Positions 34,646-46,198 are shown, numbered from the stretch's first letter. The stretch is DNA of 64,000 nucleotides from Octopus sinensis (GCF_006345805.1 NC_043004.1:91946001-92010000); one strand, 5' to 3'. Numbers and translations: made by a program. Notes: generated from the sequence alone by a model not told the origin.

Positions 34646-35056
34646 TACATGTATATATGTATATGTGTGTGTGAGTTTATAAATGTACGTATATATGTAT
34701 GGATAAATGCATTCTACATATACATTTATGCATACGTACAAGCACCTACATATTTCTTTACATGCTCTTGCACACACAGTTACACATAATGACATAGATT
34801 TCCTTTTATATAGATGTTTTATTTGTGCAATTGTATACTTTTGTATAGAATCCATAAAACACTGTGTTGTGTATATTTAGCATCTTTAATTAGTGGATCA
34901 ATAAAGTGTTAGAGGTTAATTTGCTCCAGCAACAGCCGTTTGTACATGGTTGGTTTGATATGCTAGAAAGAAATGCATCGAAGTATCTTAAAGACGTATC
35001 AGAGCATCATAATGACTATGAGTTGAATTACCATTTTTTTGAGGTGGGGAGGAAAT

Positions 35057-35760
35057 TACAAGGTGCATTCCAAGAGCTCTGAGACTTTTTCAGGAGTTAC
35101 ATTAATTAATTTCAAAGAAGAACAAAAATCTAATCTCCTTCAAAATAGGACCCTCTGACTTTAGTGTACCTGCTGTAGTACTCCAGCCACTTCGGGAAGG
35201 CCCAATAGAATTCCTCCAAAGTGAAGACATCTTGGATCCTTGTCACGGCCTCCTTCACCTTGGGAAAGAATCAAAAAGTCACACAGAGCAAGGCCTTGGA
35301 CGGCAGGGAGGTTGATGGACGGTTCTGATGCCCACCAATGTCAAGTACTTGGTTGCCATGATGAAATTGTGGACCAGAGCATTGTCCAGTGATGGTACTA
35401 TGATCTTTTGCGACGAAATCTCTTCCTGAACTCCCTCAAAACCACAAAGTACGCTTTGTTTATCATCTAGTCAGAGGGAACCAAATGAATGTATATGATG
35501 CCCTGTTATAGAAAAATAGGATCATCGTGAGCTTTCCTGTGGACTTTCTTTCCCTAGCCTCTTGTATCAGCAAAAAACAGATGCTCAGCTCACATAAGTA
35601 AATCCTTAAGCAGTCTAGAGCATCTCATAATTTTCTGCAACGTTTTCGTCCAGTTAATGCAAAACCTTATTGCATATCATGCCTCCAAACTGTCTTCACG
35701 TCCCGGTTGTCTACTATGAGAAGCAGTGTTTAGCAGGATGTATTCTAAATATTGTTACAG
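35057..35760 (-). mobile_element. Degenerate mariner element
   Basis: Minus-strand C-terminal remnant WLEYYSRYTKVRGSYFEGD* followed by a TIR-like end. The upstream boundary is approximate. Confidence 0.55.
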
Positions 35761-35849
35761 CTATCACCTTCGATCCGGAATAACAAATGTTTGCAGGGGC
35801 AGCTTATTAGATATATAATAATGATGTACTAAAATCACAGTAATCTAAA

Positions 35850-36080
35850 GGCGGCGAGCTGGCAGAAACGTTAGCACGCCGGCCGAAATGCTTAGCGGTA
35901 TTTCGTCTGCCGCTACGTTCTGAGTACAAATTCCGCCGAGGTCGACTTTGCCTTTCATCCTTTCGGGGTCGATTAAATAAGTACCAGTTACGCACTGGGG
36001 TCGATGTAATTGACTTAATCCCATTGTCTGTCCTTCTTTGTCCCCTCTATGTTTAGCCCCTTGTAGACAATAAAGAAAAA
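35850..36080 (+). mobile_element. SINE family D, full length
   Basis: ggcggcgagctggcagaaacg head, B-box-like GAGTACAAATTCC; near-identical to 50260-50490. Confidence 0.88.
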
Positions 36081-37584
36081 AACTAGAGCATTTATAACTG
36101 CATTATCTAAAACACCTTGTACCTATTTGTGATCGGCTGTGTGGCAGGTCTATATGTTTGGTGTATGCATACACACGCACGCGCGACGCACACACACACG
36201 CACGCACAGACACTCATGTATGTGCACGTGTATATATTTATATATATATTATATGCACGCATGCATATATATGTATGCATGCATGTGGAACATGCAACGT
36301 ATATGTATGTGTGTGTGCTTATGAATGTAGTTATACGTACATGCATATATATATATATATATGTACACACACACGCATACACACAAACACACACATATAG
36401 AGAGTGGCCTGGACATTCACACTAACACGCACGTGTGAGTGTGTATGCCAAGTCCAGATAAGCGGTCAACCTGTGCTTTAAATAAGCAGTGAGACGAAAT
36501 AGTGAGATATATTTATGACTCAAATAATTCCAGTTTGCCAAAGGCCGACTCTCTCTCTCCTTCTCTCTCCCTCATTCTCTTTCTCTCATTCTCTCAGTCT
36601 CTTTCTCTCTATGTGGTCAATAAACGGTTGAACGCATTTATCGAATAGTACGTCACGAGATTATCTCAGAAACGTTTATAGTTGAATGAACCGGTGAGAA
36701 ATACATAGAATAAATATGACCACTAATGTCAGAACGATTTAGTCTCATCCGTTCTTGCATTCTCTCAGTATTGTTGATCCATTCAGAACGACTTGTTTCC
36801 TGACAGAGCTCCTACAGCGAAGAATAATCTAGAATTTAAGACAGTGAATAGATAAACTGAAAATAATTATATCTGTAATGTAGAAATAGGAAATTACAAT
36901 AGAAGGGTACGATCGAATGACCGAGGCCGTATGCTTGGACGTTTTAAGCCGAAGATAGACATTTACTATAACCATCGAAATAAATATGCTAAAAGCAATA
37001 AAATTAACCATTACTCAACAACGATTTCATTAAAGAAATTTGCTATAAATATACTCAATGCAACATTTTTGACATGAAATACATTAGCTTGTTTAGATTT
37101 GCATTCGGTATTTTAAAGAGAAAATATGGCTATTGGTCAATAACCATGCGTGACCTGTAGTATTTTGAGAGCTCCTGTGTTGATTATTAAAATAAAAAAG
37201 CGACAAACAACGGAAGCAAAAGTTAATAAAGAAAGGATTCCTTGGCATGTGATGTTTAATATTGCTTTTAGATTATTACTTTTGATGTTTAGTTTACATA
37301 TATACGTATATATATATTTATATATATATATATATACAGAGAGAGGAGGAGAGGGAGAGAGAGGTAGAGAGAGGTAAAGAGAGAGGTAGAAAGAGAGAGA
37401 GGGGGGGGCTGTGCATTCACACTTTCTGGTCATCTCAACCTCCGTTGTACCTCTGATTTTATAGCTGACTGCGCTGAAAAGTGGGTTCAATGCTGTGCAA
37501 CTTTTCATCCATTCAACACAAATTCATGCTTAAGAGCTTTTTTCGATTCTCAGAACATTGCGTGGACTCACTCGAGCTGACCTC

Positions 37585-37653
<69 letters not shown>

Positions 37654-37661
37654 ATACATTA

Positions 37662-37692
<31 letters not shown>

Positions 37693-37694
37693 GT

Positions 37695-37920
37695 ATATAA
37701 AATTAATCTCCACCTCAAAAAACGCAGAAAAAAAGCAAGATAAAAACAACAACGCCAGGACGTGGCACATACAATGTATTAGCAGACGCTCTGGGAAGGA
37801 AAGAAAGGTAGTTTTACGTTTCGAGCAAAGCTCTTCTTCAGAAACAGGAGACAGAGCAAAGTCCAAGTGAAAAGGAGGACGGAGGAAAAAAATCGCCAAT
37901 GATCCACATGTAGTTACATT
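37695..37920 (-). mobile_element. Family H repeat, copy D (diverged)
   Basis: Same layout as copies A-C; 3' end in (TA)n. Confidence 0.7.
37811..37845 (-). ncRNA. Minimal type I hammerhead motif, canonical CUGAAGA core
   Basis: GUUU-CUGAAGA-A-GAGC uuu GCUC-GAAA-CG-UA-AAAC. Confidence 0.7.
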
Positions 37921-38099
37921 TATATATACATGTATGGGTGATGCATGCATGTGTGTGTGTCTGTGTGTGTGTGTGTGTATGCACGGGCATGTATTTATGC
38001 ACGTATAAGCATAGACAAATTTAGATATGTTTTGGTTAAAATTAACCTAGATCACACCAAAATTAGTAACATCACCACAAAATCTTTTAAGTCAGTTTA

Positions 38100-39775
38100 A
38101 AGTAACATTTTGTGAGCTCATAGCTCATTCAAGCAAAGGTTGCTGTTGACCGGGATATATCCAGCTGTATGTGGTTCGTCTGGTATCCCTTCAAGAAACT
38201 TTTTCAGTTCTCGTTTGAAGGTTATGGGATTTGATACGCTTTTAATTTGCTTTAGGATAATATTAAATGTAGTAGGGCCTATTGAGGAAAAGTAATTGTA
38301 CTGCAATGTAGTTATGTGTTGTGAGCCTGAATTAAGTAGGGTGTGTGTGTGGATGGGGTGCTGGGGTGTGCTTATGGCACGGGTCCCAACCTTGAATGAA
38401 TTGTAAGCTCGATGTTAAAGTAGCTTGGGTAATGTTGGTGGTATATTCTCCACATGGTGCGAATATTCTACCATTTTCATTGGCTTTGGAAAGGAAATAA
38501 TTTTTATGTTTTAAGATGATACTATTGGGTTGTCCGGAAAGTTCGTGCCGAATTATAGCAGCTTACATTTCGACTTATTTTAGAACATGGTTGAGTCCAT
38601 AAAATAGGATTTGACTACACCTCCATTTAGAGCACAGTTTAAGCTATCTTTTCGTGGAAGAAGATTTATGTTCCTATAACCTGTGTTAATTCTGTAACCC
38701 TTTAAAATGGAAGATAAGAAAGTTCATTTTCGGCACTTGATGCTTTGGGAACCAGAGAAAAATTGCTGCAGCTCGACTGGGATATGTTACCTCACCCTCC
38801 ATATTCACCAGATATTGCTCATTCTGATTTCCACTTATTCAGGTCTCTGCAGAATAGTCTTAATGGTAAAAATTTCAACGCCTTGGATGACGTAAAAAGA
38901 TACCTTGATGAATTCTTAGCCATGAAACCACCTCAGTTCTGGAGAGAGGGTATTTTCAAGTTAAAGGAAAGATGGAGACGCATTGTGCAACAAAATGGTT
39001 CATATTTGGTTGATTAAAAATGTAATGGCAAATATCTATTGACCTGTTTCTTTCCTTTAAAAATCAGCACGAACTTTCCGGACAACCCAATAATAATCAA
39101 TATCAGTTATGCCACTCATTTTATTTTGTAATTGCGCGCTGGTGTCCCTTATTTCTCATAACATTTTGTTTATTAGGGGAAACAACAGGGAGCAACAATA
39201 TTCTAGGTGTAAGTGTACAAAGGAGAACCCGAAAGTCCTCTGAACTGGAAACTTCTGAGGATCTAAGAATTTAATTTACGAGTCCAAATGTTTTTATTAT
39301 TGACATAAGTGCTCCGGCTGAGATTCCCGTCAACAATTACTTACTCTTTGATATTACTGAATACTATGGGTGGTTCTCCTGAAGGAAGAAAATATGGCTG
39401 TTTGAGCACATTCTCTTTTGAAAGATGCAGAGTTTATATCTTGCGCCATTTAGTAGCATTTTGTTGTTGTTCGCCCATTGACTTACAGCAACTAGAGATC
39501 CAACAAGAGATTAGGTCGGTCTCATTCGCCATTTGTAAATTTTTGAAGCTTGGAGCCATATATTTTGCTCCCCTTCACGACATCTGAGTTGACGTCTGTA
39601 TAAATTATAAAGGAAGGTGGGCACAACGCAGTCCCTTGAGGAACACCACTGGTAACTTTTGCCAGTTTTGCATGGATTCCATTGATCACATGTTGGGTCC
39701 TATCCAAAGGAAATACTTAATCCAGTGTAACAATTTTCCACAGATTAGAATAGGGGATAATTTTAACTGTAGTAT
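38100..39775 (-). mobile_element. Degenerate CR1-like LINE interrupted by a mariner derivative
   Basis: VTSGVPQGTAL (RT) near 39650; C-terminal GPTTFN...FKRELKKFLEGIPDEP..GY near 38150-38300. Confidence 0.75.
38525..39090 (+). mobile_element. Internally deleted mariner (566 bp) with intact TIRs and TA TSD
   Basis: 24-bp perfect TIR TTGGGTTGTCCGGAAAGTTCGTGC; TA at 38523-38524 and 39091-39092; transposase N-terminus MEDKKVHFRHLMLWE joined to C-terminal HPPYSPDIAHSDFHLF. Confidence 0.93.
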
Positions 39776-39780
39776 ATGTA

Positions 39781-39824
<44 letters not shown>

Positions 39825-39871
39825 TGTATGTATGTATGTATGTATGTATGTATGTATGTATGTATGTATGT

Positions 39872-40935
39872 ATGGCTCTTCTATTTTTTAATTATTATAA
39901 ATCTTCCACTGAGGAGGGAGCCTGTTTCCAACAAAGATACAAGGCCCCATCTTTGGGATGTAGTTAACACAGTCAAATTCACATTTGGAACTTGAGAAAA
40001 GTCTTGCATATTTTTACTGCTCCATTCACAGATTGCACTTGTAATGTACGAATCAGCCGGCCGATTTCTCTTTCTGAAAATCCCAGTTTATTCAGATTTT
40101 CCTTTAAGCAGTTACTAACAAAACCTAGTGTCCCAATTATTATTGCGTAAATATAAATTCATAATCTGGATATAGAAGCTGGAGGTTTCGAAGCAGTTGT
40201 CCATAGATATCCTCTTTTTCTTTGATTTTCAAAGAGATATTTATATCTGTAGGGCAGCTAACCTCTATGACCTTACATAATTTTGCCCCTCATCTCAAAT
40301 AACAATATCCGGCCTGTTATGCTTACATTGACAGAAGTTTTGATAGAAATACTCCACCAGTATTTCTTGAGTTGGTGTTTATGAATGTATTCCAAAACAG
40401 AGGGACTTTCTAAGTTTATTTCAGGACAATTTTGTTTGCGGATGGCATTGTAAATTGTTTTAGCAACAACGTCGTGCTGCATAGGGAGGTAGTGACGACA
40501 TTTTAGGGCAGCTGATTATCACATGCGAAATGACTTCCACAGAAACATGACAGTCTACACATGCGGTTGCATCTTGGGATTACAAGAGCGTCACTATCTG
40601 TCTTGTTCATTAGGTGCTTTGTGGCAATCTCCTTCTTGTTCCTGGATTGCAAACACATAGTGATGTAGTGGTCTTGTGTCCAAGAGAGGTTGCGTTTCGT
40701 GTCAATTCTACTGTCTTCAAGATTCCGGGAAATATACCTATGTCTGGTCTTTTGTTTTTCATATGCTGAGTGTTTTCCATCCAGTTCTTCTTTGAGGTAA
40801 GAGAGCCCCGCAGTTTTGGGACTGTATAGGAGATCATCTGGAAGAAAGTATTTCTTGAGAGGAGTTCACTGCCAACTCGTACAATGTTGATCACTTCACG
40901 TTTCAGTACTGCATTAATATATTTATTTTTGCTGC
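39872..40935 (-). mobile_element. Degenerate REL-endonuclease LINE 3' part flanked by (TATG)n
   Basis: (R/Q)HDVVAKTIYNAI, YWWSISIKTS, N/T-RPD-like motif, terminal GAVKICKTFLKF; (GTAT)n arrays on both sides. Confidence 0.6.
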
Positions 40936-41091
40936 TGTATGTATGTATGTATGTATGTATGTATGTATGTATGTATGTATGTATGTATGTATGTATGTAT
41001 GTCATTTTTCATTTCTATTTCAAGATTTCTTGCCAATAGAGAAAGAGTTGGTTTCTTACCTAGATTTAACGCCCCTTCATGGGTTATATCA

Positions 41092-41154
<63 letters not shown>

Positions 41155-41324
41155 AAAGTTTGTTTGGTAAAGCACGTGGGTGAATATATAAGAAAATAGT
41201 AAAGTGTGAAAAAACGACAGAAGGCTTAAATGTTAAAAAATATATATATTTGTGTCAAAATGTCTGGAGAATATTGGAAAAATTTTTTTCCTTTCCTTAA
41301 AATGACATAATTTTAAAATTTTTA

Positions 41325-41364
41325 AAGAAATTACCGGTTTCGCGTGTAGCTTTTCAAATTTCTT
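41325..41364 (-). ncRNA. Type I hammerhead motif, U3-A8 variant (left arm)
   Basis: Exact mirror of 46159-46198. Confidence 0.72.
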
Positions 41365-41500
41365 GTGACGTTATGTTTATATTGCATGGAATTATCGTTG
41401 TTTTTATTTCCAGGAGATTTCTAAATAAGGGGAGGTAGTGAGTGATTTTTTCCGGTGTAGGGGAGATAATCGCTTAAAAAATTTTTTTTCCATTTCCTTG

Positions 41501-43076
41501 TTAATTTCTCTGTGTCAGTATGTTCGGATGGTTGAGTCTGGGTTTGTACTTTTCAATGAAGAATGTTTCCTTGTTCAGTCTCATTTGTGTTGATGATCCG
41601 AAAGCACATTGGTAAAATGGGAAGATTAAAAATTGTGGCAGTAGTTGCTTTGCGCATTTCTCAATGTGCTCACTAAAAGGTATCATTCTATATTCTGGGA
41701 ATGCAATCTGTTGTCGATGCAGTGTGCATCTGCGCCTGAGTGATAGTCCCGTGGAACCCACGTAGTCTTGGTGGCAGCCCGAGCATTTAATAACATAAAT
41801 TATGTTTTCAGAGGCACAAGTAAAGTTAGATTTGATCTTAAATTTCTGTCCCTCTTTAAAGAGGAACTCTGATCCTTCCAATAGGTTAGGACATGTTGCA
41901 CAGTTCGATCTACCACATTTTTTTACTTTTGCATCCGTAATTTTAGAAGACAATTTTGCCTTTGTGAGAATCTTTTTAAGTGATTTAGGCTGTTTGTAGC
42001 TTTTAATGATTTGGTGTATGTTTAGAATTTCCTTTAATTTTGGGTTTTTATGAAGTATTGGTAAATTCTGGGTGATGATGGTGAAGGCTTCTTTGTTTCT
42101 GGGGTTGTATGTAGATATGTAAGGTAGTATTTTCGGGGAAGGTGTGTTGTTGTGTTGAACTTTTCTTAAAGTTTCTATGTTGATTTCTGTTGCACGTCTG
42201 ATCCCATCCTCTATGAGTTGAGCTGGGTAATGTCTGTCAATTAGGGTGTTTTTGAGTTCTTGCAGTCTAAAGTTCCTGGTATTTTGTTCTGACACTATTG
42301 TGCATATCCTTCTTGCAAGGTTGAAGGGGATGTTTGTTTTAGTGTGTCTTGGGTGGCATGAATTAAAAAGAAGGTATTGTTTGGCGTCTGTGGCTTTGTA
42401 AAAAATGTCTGTTTCTATTTTAAGGTTAATTTTTTTAATTAGTATATCCAAGAACGGGAGCTCCTTTTGGTTGTATTCCATTGTGAACTGTATATTTGGG
42501 TTTATGCTGTTCAATAGGTTTTTAAATTTTAGGAGTTTATCTATGTTTTCATTCCAGAGAATGAAACAATCGTCTAGGAATCGTTTCCAATTCTCTTTTA
42601 TGTATTGAGAGAGGGAGTTTCCAAAGATTGATAGAGATTCCTGGTAAATGATTATTTCCATGTATCCCATTGTTAAGTTCGCAATGACTGGTGCTGCCCT
42701 TGTACCCATAGCAATTCCGGATTTTTGACGGTAAAATGTATTGTCAAACATGAAGTGGTTATTGTGTAGGATGAATTCAATTGATTTAGTAATGAATTCT
42801 TTACTGATCCTTTTTGGTATTTCTTCCGGAAATTGGTCTAACCAGAATTGTATTGCCTCCAGTCCATAATTATGAGGTATACTGGTATACAAGTTGACTA
42901 CATCAAATGAAACCAGGATTGTTTCTTCCTTGGTTTTTTTTTGGAAGGTGGTTTAACATATCTAAGTCATCTCTGATATGGCTATCGATATGTTTAAGGA
43001 AGGGTTTCAAGAGGATGTCCATAAGTAGACTTAGTCTGTGTGTTTCACAGGTTGGGCCAGCTACAATGGGTCGTAG
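41501..43076 (-). pseudogene. Truncated PLE RT-GIY-YIG ORF, frameshifted at an A9 tract
   Basis: The 463-aa ORF is identical to the plus copy except E/D and H/Y; T9 at 42934-42942 versus A8 in the right arm. Confidence 0.9.
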
Positions 43077-43182
43077 GGAGAAAAACGCTGGGAGAAAAAC
43101 ATGGACTTCTTCCAAAAATATAGTGAAACCTTCAAAAATGAATTGGGTACAAATAATCCCTTCCTTAAGAAAATTACAATAA

Positions 43183-43761
43183 ATAAAAAAGAAAAACCTA
43201 ACAACCCACGAACAACCCCCCAACTATCCTCCATACACTAAAAACAGAAATCACCCACAACCAACCTCTACAAACCACGCTAGACCTAACAGGGAACTAG
43301 CTGAAAGAGGACGCGTCTATGAAAGAAATTACACCAAAAACAGAACAAACCAACAACATCATAATACCAGACCCAACCACCATACAGCACAATACGACAC
43401 TAGGATAAGAAATACACCACACACAAATCACTACTACCCCATGAACCAAAACTACTGGTCCCCACTAAACACAAGACAAACGCAAAGAAACACTATGTCA
43501 AGCAACATCCCACATACAAGAAGTTCGAAACAAAAATATTCCCCATACAGAAATTTTACACACACCACAAGCATTAACAACCATAGATTCCCACACACAC
43601 ACAACGATCGGAGGCAACAATACCACCACTCCCCCGACCAAATACCACACAACCTCACAGACAACTCATACAAACAAAATTACACCCAACATTTTTTAGC
43701 CAGGGACCAGGGACACCAGGACACAGGCTGGAACCTAGTAATAAGGAAAAACCGAAGATAA
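43183..43761 (+). CDS. Upstream low-complexity (N/H/T/R/Q/P/Y-rich) frame of the PLE, overlapping the RT frame by 175 nt
   Basis: Stop-free for 192 codons. Apparently continues from a more 5' frame (EKRWEKNMDFFQKY) across a C6 tract at 43216-43221. Confidence 0.55.
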   Translation: MKKKNLTTHEQPPNYPPYTKNRNHPQPTSTNHARPNRELAERGRVYERNYTKNRTNQQHHNTRPNHHTAQYDTRIRNTPHTNHYYPMNQNYWSPLNTRQTQRNTMSSNIPHTRSSKQKYSPYRNFTHTTSINNHRFPHTHNDRRQQYHHSPDQIPHNLTDNSYKQNYTQHFLARDQGHQDTGWNLVIRKNRR

Positions 43762-46022
43762 TCAATCTTTCAACCAAACCTCTTTCTAACATAAAAATTG
43801 ACATCCTCGCAAAAGGGCTCAAATTTACACCAACTCCACGCAGAGCAAACCTAAATGAACTCAAGGATAATATAACAGAATTTTGCAGAAAATTAAGACT
43901 AGCAGAAGCATCAAACAGTTTCAATACTGAAGATGAATCACTTGTCAAGAACAAAAGTGAACACATCCCACACAGAGGAAGAAATAAAGATCTTGACGAA
44001 TTCTGTAACCACATTGAGAACTTCCCCTACCATACTATACATAAACAGAAAGCTAACCCAAATTTTAACAATACACAATGGAAAGAACTGATAGAACTCC
44101 AAAATGATGAAGATATAACCATTAAGGAAGCGGACAAGGGAAATGCAGTTGTAATAATGGATACATCATACTACAGAAATCTTGTAATTTCCTTGCTTGA
44201 TGAAGACCTACATTATGAAAAAATTACCAACTACACCCCACAAAAAATAATGAAAACTCTATCTTCACTAATTAAAACCCATGAAAAGGAACTGACAACC
44301 AAAGAGATTGATTTCCTAACAAACTTTAAATGCAAACCTAGCCTTTTCTATGGTCTGCCAAAAATTCATAAAAGTCAAATTATAAATGAAACCATTAAAA
44401 AATCACCAAAGACATACATACACACACCTAATCCGGGGGACCTAAAACTACGACCCATTGTAGCTGGCCCAACCTGTGAAACACACAGACTAAGTCTACT
44501 TATGGACATCCTCTTGAAACCCTTCCTTAAACATATCGATAGCCATATCAGAGATGATTTAGATATGTTAAACCACCTTCCAAAAAAAACCAAGGAAGAA
44601 ACAATCCTGGTTTCATTTGATGTAGTCAACTTGTATACCAGTATACCTCATAATTATGGACTGGAGGCAATACAATTCTGGTTAGACCAATTTCCGGAAG
44701 AAATACCAAAAAGGATCAGTAAAGAATTCATTACTAAATCAATTGAATTCATCCTACACAATAACCACTTCATGTTTGACAATACATTTTACCGTCAAAA
44801 ATCCGGAATTGCTATGGGTACAAGGGCAGCACCAGTCATTGCGAACTTAACAATGGGATACATGGAAATAATCATTTACCAGGAATCTCTATCAATCTTT
44901 GGAAACTCCCTCTCTCAATACATAAAAGAGAATTGGAAACGATTCCTAGACGATTGTTTCATTCTCTGGAATGAAAACATAGATAAACTCCTAAAATTTA
45001 AAAACCTATTGAACAGCATAAACCCAAATATACAGTTCACAATGGAATACAACCAAAAGGAGCTCCCGTTCTTGGATATACTAATTAAAAAAATTAACCT
45101 TAAAATAGAAACAGACATTTTTTACAAAGCCACAGACGCCAAACAATACCTTCTTTTTAATTCATGCCACCCAAGACACACTAAAACAAACATCCCCTTC
45201 AACCTTGCAAGAAGGATATGCACAATAGTGTCAGAACAAAATACCAGGAACTTTAGACTGCAAGAACTCAAAAACACCCTAATTGACAGACATTACCCAG
45301 CTCAACTCATAGAGGATGGGATCAGACGTGCAACAGAAATCAACATAGAAACTTTAAGAAAAGTTCAACACAACAACACACCTTCCCCGAAAATACTACC
45401 TTACATATCTACATACAACCCCAGAAACAAAGAAGCCTTCACCATCATCACCCAGAATTTACCAATACTTCATAAAAACCCAAAATTAAAGGATATTCTA
45501 AACATACACCAAATCATTAAAAGCTACAAACAGCCTAAATCACTTAAAAAGATTCTCACAAAGGCAAAATTGTCTTCTAAAATTACGGATGCAAAAGTAA
45601 AAAAATGTGGTAGATCGAACTGTGCAACATGTCCTAACCTATTGGAAGGATCAGAATTCCTCTTTAAAGAGGGACAGAAATTTAAGATCAAATCTAACTT
45701 TACTTGTGCCTCTGAAAACATAATTTATGTTATTAAATGCTCGGGCTGCCACCAAGACTACGTGGGTTCCACGGGACTATCACTCAGGCGCAGATGCACA
45801 CTGTATCGACAACAGATTGCATTCCCAGAATATAGAATGATACCTTTTAGTGAGCACATTGAGAAATGCGCAAAGCAACTACTGCCACAATTTTTAATCT
45901 TCCCATTTTACCAATGTGCTTTCGGATCATCAACACAAATGAGACTGAACAAGGAAACATTCTTCATTGAAAAGTACAAACCCAGACTCAACCATCCGAA
46001 CATACTGACACAGAGAAATTAA
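43587..46022 (+). CDS. PLE reverse transcriptase + GIY-YIG endonuclease (811-codon open frame; first ATG 44157)
   Basis: IINLS..L.KGLKFTPTP, ADKGNAVVIMD, FYGLPKIHK, LRPIV, SFDVVNLYTSIP, GIAMGT, RFLDD, PFLD, SCHP, IIYVIKCSGCHQDYVGST, NKETFFI, PRLN. Confidence 0.95.
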   Translation: MPTHTQRSEATIPPLPRPNTTQPHRQLIQTKLHPTFFSQGPGTPGHRLEPSNKEKPKIINLSTKPLSNIKIDILAKGLKFTPTPRRANLNELKDNITEFCRKLRLAEASNSFNTEDESLVKNKSEHIPHRGRNKDLDEFCNHIENFPYHTIHKQKANPNFNNTQWKELIELQNDEDITIKEADKGNAVVIMDTSYYRNLVISLLDEDLHYEKITNYTPQKIMKTLSSLIKTHEKELTTKEIDFLTNFKCKPSLFYGLPKIHKSQIINETIKKSPKTYIHTPNPGDLKLRPIVAGPTCETHRLSLLMDILLKPFLKHIDSHIRDDLDMLNHLPKKTKEETILVSFDVVNLYTSIPHNYGLEAIQFWLDQFPEEIPKRISKEFITKSIEFILHNNHFMFDNTFYRQKSGIAMGTRAAPVIANLTMGYMEIIIYQESLSIFGNSLSQYIKENWKRFLDDCFILWNENIDKLLKFKNLLNSINPNIQFTMEYNQKELPFLDILIKKINLKIETDIFYKATDAKQYLLFNSCHPRHTKTNIPFNLARRICTIVSEQNTRNFRLQELKNTLIDRHYPAQLIEDGIRRATEINIETLRKVQHNNTPSPKILPYISTYNPRNKEAFTIITQNLPILHKNPKLKDILNIHQIIKSYKQPKSLKKILTKAKLSSKITDAKVKKCGRSNCATCPNLLEGSEFLFKEGQKFKIKSNFTCASENIIYVIKCSGCHQDYVGSTGLSLRRRCTLYRQQIAFPEYRMIPFSEHIEKCAKQLLPQFLIFPFYQCAFGSSTQMRLNKETFFIEKYKPRLNHPNILTQRN

Positions 46023-46158
46023 CAAGGAAATGGAAAAAAAATTTTTTAAGCGATTATCTCCCCTACACCGGAAAAAATCACTCACTACCTCCCCTTATTT
46101 AGAAATCTCCTGGAAATAAAAACAACGATAATTCCATGCAATATAAACATAACGTCAC

Positions 46159-46198
46159 AAGAAATTTGAAAAGCTACACGCGAAACCGGTAATTTCTT
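46159..46198 (+). ncRNA. Type I hammerhead motif, U3-A8 variant (right arm 3' UTR)
   Basis: AAGAAAU-UUGAAAA-GC uacac GC-GAAA-CCGG-UA-AUUUCUU: 7-bp stem I, palindromic ACCGGU stem III, GUA triplet. Confidence 0.72.

Larger units (their letters stand above)
41152..43076 (-). mobile_element. Neptune-type Penelope-like element, 5'-truncated inverted copy (left arm)
   Basis: 41184-43076 mirrors 44448-46339; adds a 31-bp 3' extension before (TA)n. Confidence 0.95.
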
